Assembly (NCBI GenBank): GCA_040218735.1
Contig: JAVJQW010000017.1
Coordinates: 192,001-256,000 of the forward strand
DNA: 64,000 nt
From: Deltaproteobacteria bacterium
GTDB taxonomy: Bacteria; Myxococcota; Kuafuiibacteriia; Kuafuiibacteriales; Kuafuiibacteriaceae
Direction: 5' to 3'
Positions 20,747-29,467 of the stretch are shown here, piece by piece; position 1 is the first letter of the stretch, and the number at the start of each line of letters is the position of its first letter. Under the pieces are notes generated by a model that did no database searches, was not told the origin of the DNA, and saw only the letters and a program-made list of their open reading frames with translations. The position numbers were made by a program, and so were the translations under genes.

Positions 20747-21338
20747 CTTCTGCCTCGTGGCGAGCGTCGCGCTCGCCAAGGACGACACCCCCGACGCGCG
20801 AGGTTTCTCGAAGTCGTCGCCGTGGCACCCCTTCACGAAGTCGAGGACCAACCTGTCGCAGAAGTGCGGCGCCGAGATCTCCACGTTCCACCTCCTCCGC
20901 GACGACCGCGACTGGATGGAGCTCAGCGGCCAAGACCGCTACCTGTGGACCCCCGTCGGTCGCTTCGTGAACCGCGGCGACGGGTGGAAGACGATCGACG
21001 ACGACGCGTGGGACGCCGTTCGCCTCTCGGGGCGATCGCTGCGCGAGCTCTTCGGCGCGCCGCTGGTGCCCGACACCTGGACCATCGCGAAGCACACACA
21101 CGAGGGCACCGCCGTGCACTTCACGCTGGAGGACGGCAAAACCGAGCTGGTCTACGACACCCTGGCCCAAACGTGGCGCGCGCAACGCCCGGGCTGGCGC
21201 GTCACCGAGCTCACGCAATTCGACGGGCGCAAGCTCCCGACGAAGGTCGTCTTCGACGACGGCTGCACGCTGCGACGCGGCTACGAGGTACCGCGGGGGG
21301 AGACGAAGCTCCCGACGCGCGACGAGCTCCCTCTGTGA
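20718..21338 (+). CDS. Secreted hypothetical protein overlapping the upstream gene (candidate periplasmic immunity/partner)
   Basis: GGAGGT RBS, ATG 20718, signal peptide MRSTPLAAISFCLVASVALA. Confidence 0.7.
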   Translation: MRSTPLAAISFCLVASVALAKDDTPDARGFSKSSPWHPFTKSRTNLSQKCGAEISTFHLLRDDRDWMELSGQDRYLWTPVGRFVNRGDGWKTIDDDAWDAVRLSGRSLRELFGAPLVPDTWTIAKHTHEGTAVHFTLEDGKTELVYDTLAQTWRAQRPGWRVTELTQFDGRKLPTKVVFDDGCTLRRGYEVPRGETKLPTRDELPL

Positions 21339-21934
21339 AGAAGAACGACCGCTCGGATCGCGCGCTCGGCATCCGCGCGAGCCGGTGTGTCGCCGCGAAG
21401 ACGTTGGACCTCGACGGGCCCCACGCGCGCTTCGCGCAGGACTACCAACCGACGCCCCCCGAGATCCTCGACGACCTGCTCGTGGATCTCGACGTCGCGT
21501 TCGACGCGTACACCTTCGTCGATCTCGGCGCGGGCAAGGGGCGGGTGTTGTGCCTCGCGACGCAGTGGCCGTTCTCGCGGGTCGTCGGGGTGGAGCTGTC
21601 ACGAACGCTCGTGGCGCAGGCGGAAGAGAACCTCGGGGGCTACGCCGCCGAGATCCGACACGGCGACGCCGCCGCGTTTGTCTTCCCGGCGTCGCCGCTC
21701 GTCGTCTTCATGTACAACCCGTTCGACGCACCGGTCGTTCGCGCCGTGCTCGACAACCTCGAGCGCTCGCTCGAGGAGCACCCGCGCGACGTGCGCATCC
21801 TCTACTTCGAGCCGGTGCACGACGCCGTCGTACGCGAGCGCTGGTGGATCGAACCCGAGCGCGCCGCGCCGCGGTGGGCGCGTTACACCGCGAGCTTCGG
21901 TCGTGCGAACGGGCGTGCAGCCTCCAGCGCGTAG
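21335..21934 (+). CDS. Class I SAM-dependent methyltransferase
   Basis: YQPTP, FVDLGAGKGRVL, GVELS, GDA, FMYNPF; GTGA overlap with the upstream gene. Confidence 0.88.
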   Translation: MKKNDRSDRALGIRASRCVAAKTLDLDGPHARFAQDYQPTPPEILDDLLVDLDVAFDAYTFVDLGAGKGRVLCLATQWPFSRVVGVELSRTLVAQAEENLGGYAAEIRHGDAAAFVFPASPLVVFMYNPFDAPVVRAVLDNLERSLEEHPRDVRILYFEPVHDAVVRERWWIEPERAAPRWARYTASFGRANGRAASSA

Positions 21935-23268
21935 GCCAGACCGAACAACACGTCCTCGCGTCCGACGTGCGCTGCGAAGTGCATCCCGATCGGGAGGCCA
22001 TCGTCCGTCAGGCCCGACGGCACGGACATCGCGGGCACCCCGGCGATGCTGTGGATCGGCGTGTACCCGGCGAGGCGTTGCGTCTGGTGCACGAGCTCCT
22101 CGCGGGACTTGGTCGGCGCGAGGGTCCCGAGCGGCGGAGCCGGATCGGGGGTCGTCGGGCACAAGAGCACGTCGAAGGCCTCGATATACTCGAGATACTT
22201 CGCTGCCGCGGTCGCCGTGGCGGCGCGTGCCTTGTCGAGCGCGTCGGGAGGCTGCTGCCCGAACCACGCGAGGAGCTCCAGCGTGAACGGTTCGAGATCG
22301 TCAGCACCGAGCGTGCGGCCCACGAGGCCTTCGACCATCGCCTTGAAACCCGCGACGCTGGCCCCCGCCGCGACGAAGAAGGCGTCCCGGATGTCGGCGC
22401 CCTCGACGCGCGGAGCGTCGGCCTCCACGACCTCGTGGCCCAGCTCCGAGAGCAACGCGACCGTCGAGTGCAGCGACCGCGTCACGGCTTCGGACGCGGC
22501 TCCGCCGAGGAGCGTCGTCCCGTAGAAGCCGATGCGGAGCCGGCGGTCGGAGGGTTCGAGCACGAGCGGCATCCGTTCGATCGCGTCGCCTTGTGTCGCG
22601 TGGAGGAGCCGCGCGCTGTCGCGCACCGTTCGACTGACGCAGTGCTCGGTGAGCATCCCCAGCAGATCAGCCGCCTCCATCCCCGTGGGGAGCGTTCGAC
22701 CGCGCGTGGGTTTCATCCCGAACAGCCCACACGCTGCGGACGGGATGCGGATCGATCCACCCCCGTCGCTCGCGTGCGCGAACGGCACGTACCCGGCGGC
22801 GACCGCCGCCGCGGATCCTCCCGAGGAGCCCGTCGCGGAGCGCGCGAGGTTCCACGGGTTCTTGGTGGGCCCGTGCAGCAGCGTCTCCGTGCTGCCGAGC
22901 AACCCCAGCTCTGAGGTCGTCGTCTTGCCCAGTGTGACGAGGCCGGCCGCGTCGAACGCGGCGCTGTACGGCGACCCCTGGGGCGGCACGAAGCGCGCGA
23001 GCGCGCGGGAGCCGCAGGTGTTGGGCAGGCCGGGGTACGCGAGGAGGTCCTTCAGGAGGAACGGCACCCCCGCGAACGGGCCTTCGCTGACGTTCGCCGC
23101 GGCAGCGCGCGCGCGCTCGAAGTCGTGCGCCGCGAGCGCGCCGATCGTGGGTTCGAGCGCCTCGATGCGTTCGATCGCGGCGTCGACGAGCTCGACGGCG
23201 CTGACCTCGCGCTTGCGAACGAGGTCGGCCATGGCGGTGGCGTCCAGTGTTTGAAAGTCAGCTTGCAT
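21883..23268 (-). CDS. Amidase (amidase signature family)
   Basis: GVPFLLKDL, GSSGGSAAAVAAG, SDGGGSIRIP. Confidence 0.93.
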   Translation of the reverse strand: MQADFQTLDATAMADLVRKREVSAVELVDAAIERIEALEPTIGALAAHDFERARAAAANVSEGPFAGVPFLLKDLLAYPGLPNTCGSRALARFVPPQGSPYSAAFDAAGLVTLGKTTTSELGLLGSTETLLHGPTKNPWNLARSATGSSGGSAAAVAAGYVPFAHASDGGGSIRIPSAACGLFGMKPTRGRTLPTGMEAADLLGMLTEHCVSRTVRDSARLLHATQGDAIERMPLVLEPSDRRLRIGFYGTTLLGGAASEAVTRSLHSTVALLSELGHEVVEADAPRVEGADIRDAFFVAAGASVAGFKAMVEGLVGRTLGADDLEPFTLELLAWFGQQPPDALDKARAATATAAAKYLEYIEAFDVLLCPTTPDPAPPLGTLAPTKSREELVHQTQRLAGYTPIHSIAGVPAMSVPSGLTDDGLPIGMHFAAHVGREDVLFGLAYALEAARPFARPKLAV

Positions 23269-23884
23269 TTCTCACCCACTCCTTGAAGCCCGCGATCCCC
23301 GCGAGCTGGTAGCTCCAGAACGCCGCAAAAGCGCGGCGGATGTCGGCCTCGTCCTCGTGGTTCTCGAGGATCGAGACGATCGCGCGCAGCGACGTCGTGA
23401 AGATGTTGTCGAGCGTGAACCGGATGGTCTTGCTCACCACGATCCCGGGGACCTCGTGCCGCAGCTTCGCGACGGTGAGGGCGACGAGGCGCTCCACGAA
23501 CCGCGCGCCGAAGTCGGCGTAGGCCGAGCCCTCGGCGCGATCGAGCAGGACCACCACGCGGAGGCGGTGCTCGATCCAGAACGCGAGCATCGACTCGGCG
23601 TCGCCTTCGGCGCGTGCGTCGAGCTGGCCGAGATCCTCGAGCTCGACGAGCGAAGCGACACGACGATCCACGAGTCGCATCAGCTCGTCGGCGAAGGCCT
23701 CCGTGAAGACGCCGTAGAACAGCGCCTCCTTGTTCTCGAAGTACCGGTAGACGTTGCCGGTCGAGATCTGGGCTGCCTTGGCGATCGCCCCCATCGTCGC
23801 GCCCGCGTAGCCGCGCTCCGCGAAGACACGCTCCGCCGCCTCGACGATGCGCTGCTCGACCTCGGCTTTACGTCGCTGCACCAC
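23258..23884 (-). CDS. TetR/AcrR family regulator
   Basis: IVEAAERVFAERGYAGATMGAIAKAAQISTGNVYRYFENKEALF. Confidence 0.93.
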   Translation of the reverse strand: MVQRRKAEVEQRIVEAAERVFAERGYAGATMGAIAKAAQISTGNVYRYFENKEALFYGVFTEAFADELMRLVDRRVASLVELEDLGQLDARAEGDAESMLAFWIEHRLRVVVLLDRAEGSAYADFGARFVERLVALTVAKLRHEVPGIVVSKTIRFTLDNIFTTSLRAIVSILENHEDEADIRRAFAAFWSYQLAGIAGFKEWVRNAS

Positions 23885-23922
23885 CCAAAAATGAACATGT
23901 CATTCATTTTTGGATTCGTCAA
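23885..23922 (-). promoter_or_regulatory. TetR operator palindrome overlapping a sigma70-like promoter
   Basis: Perfect 11-bp inverted repeat CCAAAAATGAA-N7-TTCATTTTTGG (23885-23913); TTGACG-N17-CATGTT on the minus strand. Confidence 0.8.
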
Positions 23923-23927
23923 CGGGG

Positions 23928-24009
23928 TTGCGACTCCTGCAACTCGAGCGCCCCGCGCCCGGTCACTTGCAGCGGGCTGCAAGGAGCGCGGCCTGGCCCG
24001 CATCTTGGA
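23928..24009 (+). promoter_or_regulatory. Double TTGC-N7/8-GCAA sites + sigma54-like element (-12 variant TTGG)
   Basis: TTGCGACTCCTGCAA (23928-23942), TTGCAGCGGGCTGCAA (23967-23982), TGGCCCGCATCTTGGA (23994-24009). Confidence 0.7.
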
Positions 24010-24021
24010 ACGTTGGCCCCC

Positions 24022-25176
24022 ATGGGCACTCCAGACGTGCGCCGGGGCCGATCGACGCTCCCGATCCATCAGCCGACGGTCGCGCGACCGAACGTCACGC
24101 GCACCGGGCCTTCGGCGCCCGACGCGCCGGCGGTCGAGGGGCCCCGCGGACCGCGCTGGTCCCAGACCCCCGCGTGGGCGGAGCGAGCCGGCGCCGCGAA
24201 CGAGGGCGGCGGCGCAGAGCCGACCTACCAAGGCCCGCCCGCGGCGCGCCTCGGTGCGGGGAGCGAACGCCCCATCGCCGACGACCCGCAGCGTGCACGT
24301 CCCGCCGATCGCCCCGCCGACACCCCCGGCATCGGCGCGCGCACCACGCGCACGAAGGACACGAAGGACCCGCCCACGGCGCAACGTAACTTGCCGCCGA
24401 TCCGCTACGACTCCGCGGACGCCGGAGACTTCTACTGCGAGCACGTCTTCCACGTCGCGCAGCGCGAGGCGCTCGCGTCGTCGAGTTCCGTGATGCGCAA
24501 CGGCCAGGGTGAGCGGCTCGTCGGCTTCATCCACATCCCGCAGGACAGCCAGGCGACGCAGGCTCCGGACCCGACGCCCACGGACGCGGAGCAGGCGGCC
24601 CGACACGCCCAGACCCGGCAGGTGGTCGGCGCGGGCATCGCCGGCTACTTCGACGAAGCGCGCACGCAGACGGACGGCCCGGTGCGCATCATGCTGAGTG
24701 GGTTCGGGACGTTCGGCTCGTTCACCAACAACCCGTCGGGGGACTTCGTCTCGCACCGCGCGAACATCGACGCGGCGATGGAGGAGGCCTTCGGCGCGAA
24801 CCTCGTCGGACGACCGCCGGCGAACGCGGACATGAACCAACCGCTGACGTACCGCGTGCGCCAGCAGGACGGAACGGAGCGCGAGGTGCAGATCCGCGCG
24901 GTGAGGCTATCGGTGGACGATGCGGCGCTCGACCCAGCGCGCGCCGGATCGATCCCCCACACCATGCGGGACTTCGCACCGCACGCGGTGATCTCGATGG
25001 GTCTGCGGCCCGGGAGCCAGACGCACTACGACGTCGAGAACCACGCCGACGACGGCGGCCTCGCGACCGGGTCGAACGGCACGTCCACGCACCAACGCGG
25101 ACGTGCCTCTTCGACCGACTACGCCAACCGCAGCCTCGAGCGCGCGATCGAGAGCGCCCGGCAGACCGCGCCCTAA
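24022..25176 (+). CDS. Circularly permuted pyroglutamyl-peptidase I (C15)-like protein with disordered N-terminus
   Basis: SADAGDFYCEHVF (Cys) and GFIHIP (His) precede IMLSGFGTFG..NNPS, VISMG and VENHA (Glu), the reverse of the canonical order. Confidence 0.82.
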   Translation: MGTPDVRRGRSTLPIHQPTVARPNVTRTGPSAPDAPAVEGPRGPRWSQTPAWAERAGAANEGGGAEPTYQGPPAARLGAGSERPIADDPQRARPADRPADTPGIGARTTRTKDTKDPPTAQRNLPPIRYDSADAGDFYCEHVFHVAQREALASSSSVMRNGQGERLVGFIHIPQDSQATQAPDPTPTDAEQAARHAQTRQVVGAGIAGYFDEARTQTDGPVRIMLSGFGTFGSFTNNPSGDFVSHRANIDAAMEEAFGANLVGRPPANADMNQPLTYRVRQQDGTEREVQIRAVRLSVDDAALDPARAGSIPHTMRDFAPHAVISMGLRPGSQTHYDVENHADDGGLATGSNGTSTHQRGRASSTDYANRSLERAIESARQTAP

Positions 25177-28100
25177 GGCAGGTACGAGACGCGGCTGTAC
25201 GCGCCCTGCGACCACATCCGGTAGACGTCGCGGTTCACGTCGGTGTTCGGCGCGCCCACGCGCGTCGTCACCGGGAACGAGCCCGACACGTCCGAGACCC
25301 AGACCTCGTCCGCGCCGGCGGTCGTGAACGCACCTTCGAAGATCAGGCGCTGGCCATCCGCGGTCCAGAACCAGTCCCAGTTCCCCGCCCAGCTCGTGCT
25401 CATCGAAGCGTCGCTGGTCGTCGACACCGCGTTCGGGTGCACCTTGCGCTGCGGGCCCGGCGCCGAGCCGCTCACGTTCACGACGTACAGCTCGTACGTG
25501 CTCGACAGATCGAGCGTGCCGACGTAGGCGATGCGGTTCCCGTCCGGCGACCACTGGAACGACGTCACGTCGTTCGACGTGGTGAGCGCCGGCGTGTTGA
25601 CGCGGATCGATGCGTAGGGCGGGCCCTCTTCGAGGTCGACGAGGTACAGCTCCTCCGCACCGTCGAGGCTCAAGTCACCGATGTACGCGATGCGGGAGCC
25701 GTCGGGTGAGAACTCGTAGTCGAGCTTCGCGTCGGCGCCCATCTCGAGCGTGGACAACCCGTTCGTCGCGGACAGCTTGTACCGCGGCTGCGGGAGCGAG
25801 CCCGAGACGTCGACGATGTACAGCTCCTCGGCGAGGTTCACGTCGAGGTCACCGCGCATCGCGATGCGCTGGCTGTCGGGCGACCACTTCGCGCTCGTCA
25901 GCACGAGGTCACGCACGGGCGTCTCGATCGTCGCGCGCTGCCACGCGCCGGGGACGCTGCCGCTGATGTCGACGATGTAGAGCGCGTACGCGAAGTCGAC
26001 CTCCTGGTCTGCGATGTAGAAGAGCTTCGTGCCGTCGGGCGAGACACTCCAGTACTGCCAGTGGTCCGTCGTCGTGCTGATCTGCACGCCGCCGAGCGCC
26101 ACCATCGGACCGCTCACGACGATCGGCGTACCGAGCACACCACCGGTGGTGTCGACCCAGAACAGCTCGTTCTCGCTCGCGATGTTGAAGTCCGCGTTGA
26201 AGATCAGCGCGCGTGAGTCCGGCGTCCACTGGAAGTTCCCGTTGATGTCCGTCAGCGACGCCGGGTTCGAGAAGACCGGCGTGAGCGGGCCTGGCGCACC
26301 CCCGGCGGGGAGCGCGGAGAGGTCGACGAAGAAGAGCATGTCGTCCGACGACACCTCGTCGGCGATGAACGCGATCTTCGTGCCGTCCGGCGAGAAGTGG
26401 TAGTCGGGCAGGTACACCTCGGTCGCCGAGGAGACGTACGCCGAGCTCACGCGCACCGCCTGTCCAGGCGCCGCGGGGTTCGTGACGTCCACGACGAACA
26501 GCTCCTCCGCGAGGCTCGTGGTGACGTCGGCGCGGAACGCGAGCTTGGTGCCGTCGGGCGACCAGCGAAGGTCGACCGCGGACTGCGCGCCCGAGAAGCC
26601 GAGCCCGCCACTCACGACGATCGGCTCGCTGGGCGTGCCGCTGCGGAGGTCGACGACGTACACGTCGTCTTGGGCGTCGACGGTGAGGTCGCCGATGAAC
26701 GCGAGCGCGTTGCCGTTCGGCGAGAACGCGACCGAGAACGTGGCGTAGTCGACGTTGCCGCCGCTGACGGGGGCCGCCGGCATCGCGGGGATCGGCGTGG
26801 GCACGCCGGGCGTGCAGACCTCGCCGAGGACGATCATGTCGGACGCGCTGACGACGAAGTCACCGACCGCCGCGACCCAGCGTTGACCGCCAGGAAGATC
26901 GGCGACGTCGATCGTGAAGGTGCGCTCGTCGGTCAGGCCGAACGTGTCGGTGAGACGAATCGTGAAGTTGTACGAGGAGGCCGTCGCGCCCGTGGGCCCG
27001 CCCAGCGTCGCCGAACGCGACCCCGACCCCAGCACGATGCCGGGCGGCAAAGCGCCGTTCACGACCGACCACTGGTAGCCGCCGTTGCTGCCGCCGGTGC
27101 CCTGGATGATCGTGCGGTACGTGCTGCAGAACGGCGCGTCGGGCACCGTCATCGTGGTGATCGTCGGGAGCGTCGACGGGGGATCGACGGTGATCTGCAC
27201 GGGCACCGACGCCGTCGCGTTGTTCCAGTCGTAGACCGTGACCGTCGCGGTAAACGTGCCGAGCTGCAGCGCCGCACCGCTGATGACCGTCGACGGCGAA
27301 CCAGGCACCTGCAGCGTGAGGCCGTTCGGCAACGCCCCGCTGCTGACGACCCAGTTGTACTGACCGAACCCATCCTGAGCGGTGAGCATCGCCGAGTACG
27401 CTTCACCGCCCACGGCGTTCGGGAGGACGATCGTCTGACCGCCGCCCACGATCGTGATCGGGAAGACCTGCTCGGCCACGTTCAGGATCAGGGTCTGATC
27501 GTCGGAGCCACCGCGCGCGTCCGTTACCTCGATCTGAATCTCGAAGGTCCCGAACTCCGTCGGTGTGCCGACGATGCGCGTCGACGGACGGCCCCCGGGC
27601 TCGAGCGTGAGGCCCGCCGGGAGGCGGCCGTTGACGATCGCCCACGTGTAGTCACCCGCGCCGTTCAGCGCGGCGATCGTCGCCTCGTACGCCGCGCCGA
27701 CCATCGCCGGCGGCAACGAGATCGTCGTGATGCGCACGGCGGGCGGCGGCTCGGAGATCTCGAGGAAGAACGTCTTGCGAGCGCGCTGGCCCTCGGCGTC
27801 CTCCGCCTCCACCTGAACCGTGAACGTGCCGGACTCCGTCGGTGTGCCGGACAGACGCGCGGTCGTGTCGTCGACGCGCGTGAGCGCGAGGCCGGGCGGG
27901 ATCTGCCCGGCACCGCGACGGAAGACGGTCCCGCCGACGCCGCCCATCACTTCGATCGTCGCGTCGTAGGGCTGGCGCTGTTCGGCCGTGGGGAGCGAGG
28001 TCGTCACGAACACGAGCGGCAACGTGTCGTCGACGATCTCGATCGTGTAGCTCTGCCGCGCGCTGCCGCTGTCGTCGTCACGCACTTCGATCGTAAAGGT

Positions 28101-28670
28101 GTACGACCCCTCCGAGCCCGCCGGGAGATCGCCATACAGACGTGTGCTCGGCGTACCCGTCGCCTCGAGCATCAGGCCGGCCGGGAGCGTCCCCGACGCC
28201 ACGCGCCAACGGTAGCCGTCGTTCGATCCGCCCGTCGCTTCGATCGTCGCGTCGTAGGTCGTGCGCGTCGCGGCGTTCTGCAAATCCAGCGTACGGATCG
28301 CGAGCACCGGCGGCAGGTCGCCCACCACGATCGTGAAGGGCCGCGCGTCCTTGGTGCCGACGCTGTCCTCGACCTCCACCGTGAAGGTGAATGAGCCCAG
28401 CTCGGTGGGCGTACCGCTCAGTCGCGTCGCCGGGGTGCCGGACGTGCGGAGCGAGAGACCGTTGGGGAGCGCGCCGGACGTCACCGACCACTTGTAGTCG
28501 GTCTCCGTCCCGCCGCTCGCTTCGATGGAGGCCGCGTACGGGGTCCCGATCTCTGCATCGGGTACCGTCTCGGTCTCCAAGACGATCGCCACCGGCGGGG
28601 CCACGGGCTCGGTGCCCGAGCAAGCCGTCAGGAGGACGATAGGAACAGCCAGAAGGGGGAGTTGCTTCAT
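25173..28670 (-). CDS. Large surface lipoprotein: about six putative Ig (He_PIG-like) repeats + TolB/PD40-like beta-propeller
   Basis: Lipobox LLTACS; repeats Y.W....G.LP.GL.L...ISGTPT..G.F.F.V.V.D; C-terminal WSPDG/FSPDG repeats. Confidence 0.85.
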   Translation of the reverse strand: MKQLPLLAVPIVLLTACSGTEPVAPPVAIVLETETVPDAEIGTPYAASIEASGGTETDYKWSVTSGALPNGLSLRTSGTPATRLSGTPTELGSFTFTVEVEDSVGTKDARPFTIVVGDLPPVLAIRTLDLQNAATRTTYDATIEATGGSNDGYRWRVASGTLPAGLMLEATGTPSTRLYGDLPAGSEGSYTFTIEVRDDDSGSARQSYTIEIVDDTLPLVFVTTSLPTAEQRQPYDATIEVMGGVGGTVFRRGAGQIPPGLALTRVDDTTARLSGTPTESGTFTVQVEAEDAEGQRARKTFFLEISEPPPAVRITTISLPPAMVGAAYEATIAALNGAGDYTWAIVNGRLPAGLTLEPGGRPSTRIVGTPTEFGTFEIQIEVTDARGGSDDQTLILNVAEQVFPITIVGGGQTIVLPNAVGGEAYSAMLTAQDGFGQYNWVVSSGALPNGLTLQVPGSPSTVISGAALQLGTFTATVTVYDWNNATASVPVQITVDPPSTLPTITTMTVPDAPFCSTYRTIIQGTGGSNGGYQWSVVNGALPPGIVLGSGSRSATLGGPTGATASSYNFTIRLTDTFGLTDERTFTIDVADLPGGQRWVAAVGDFVVSASDMIVLGEVCTPGVPTPIPAMPAAPVSGGNVDYATFSVAFSPNGNALAFIGDLTVDAQDDVYVVDLRSGTPSEPIVVSGGLGFSGAQSAVDLRWSPDGTKLAFRADVTTSLAEELFVVDVTNPAAPGQAVRVSSAYVSSATEVYLPDYHFSPDGTKIAFIADEVSSDDMLFFVDLSALPAGGAPGPLTPVFSNPASLTDINGNFQWTPDSRALIFNADFNIASENELFWVDTTGGVLGTPIVVSGPMVALGGVQISTTTDHWQYWSVSPDGTKLFYIADQEVDFAYALYIVDISGSVPGAWQRATIETPVRDLVLTSAKWSPDSQRIAMRGDLDVNLAEELYIVDVSGSLPQPRYKLSATNGLSTLEMGADAKLDYEFSPDGSRIAYIGDLSLDGAEELYLVDLEEGPPYASIRVNTPALTTSNDVTSFQWSPDGNRIAYVGTLDLSSTYELYVVNVSGSAPGPQRKVHPNAVSTTSDASMSTSWAGNWDWFWTADGQRLIFEGAFTTAGADEVWVSDVSGSFPVTTRVGAPNTDVNRDVYRMWSQGAYSRVSYLP

Positions 28671-28780
28671 CGCGATCCGCGATAGGCGGCTAAATCGATC
28701 CAGAAGAAAAGATGTAGGTGTTCACTTTTCAACTTTTTCGTTGATGACTCGTCGAAGCGCGAGCCAGCGCGCACGCCCTT

Positions 28781-29467
28781 TCACCGTAGGCTGGCGAAGC
28801 ACTCTGACCGAATCCGCTCGGTCTGCGGCGACTTGGGAAACGCGCGCTCGAACGCGGTCATCCGGGATTCGGCGTCCGCCGTCTTACCCAACCGGCACAG
28901 CGCGATGATGGTCAGCGCCTCGCGCTCCTCCCGGAGCACCCCCCTCGTGAAGATTTTGCGGTGTTCGGCCAGCGGCGCGAGCGCGTCGGCCGGACGGTCG
29001 TCGGCCATCGCCCGCTGCGCCCGTCGCATCAGGACGAGCTCCTCCGCGAGGCCCCCCGTGGTCGCCTTCTCCTCGACCGACGGTTTGCGCCGACGCCGCT
29101 TCTTCTTCGGCGCCGGGCGCGCGCGCGGAACGTCGGGCGCCGCGACCGCGATCGTCGCGCCGGTGGTCGGGCGTGGGTCCGCCCTCTCGATCGGCGGAGC
29201 CTCGGCGATCGGCGTCGGTGCTTGGCGCGTCAACCCGATCACCGCGACGGTCCCGATCAACACCAGCGCGCCCAACCACCACACGACCTTGCTGCCCGCG
29301 AGCACCGCGGACGTGGCGGAGGGCGGTAGATCGATCGGCGGCGCGACGCCCGCTTCGATGCTCGCTTCGAGGCGCGCGCGCGTCAGGGACTTCGACGCCT
29401 CGGATGCGGCGACGTCCTCGCGCTCGGCTTCGATCAAGGCGCGGAGGGGATCGTGTTCGTGCGTCAT
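28781..29467 (-). CDS. Putative anti-sigma/ECF partner (single TM, C-terminal TPR-like helical domain)
   Basis: ATGA overlap with the ECF gene; TM helix; EEL.L...A..A and EEREAL.I.ALC.LG pattern typical of myxobacterial ECF partners. Confidence 0.72.
   Translation of the reverse strand: MTHEHDPLRALIEAEREDVAASEASKSLTRARLEASIEAGVAPPIDLPPSATSAVLAGSKVVWWLGALVLIGTVAVIGLTRQAPTPIAEAPPIERADPRPTTGATIAVAAPDVPRARPAPKKKRRRRKPSVEEKATTGGLAEELVLMRRAQRAMADDRPADALAPLAEHRKIFTRGVLREEREALTIIALCRLGKTADAESRMTAFERAFPKSPQTERIRSECFASLR

Noticed and set aside
17741-20884. Long antisense ORFs (e.g. 17741-20884, 44187-46307, 47169-49607, 55192-57927, 6170-8311)
   Set aside because: Shadow frames of real genes caused by high GC3; no motifs.
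21335-21934. DNA methyltransferase of a restriction-modification or defence system
   Set aside because: Motifs (GAGKGR, YNPF) fit a small class I methyltransferase; no DPPY/NPPY or PC motif and no nuclease neighbour.
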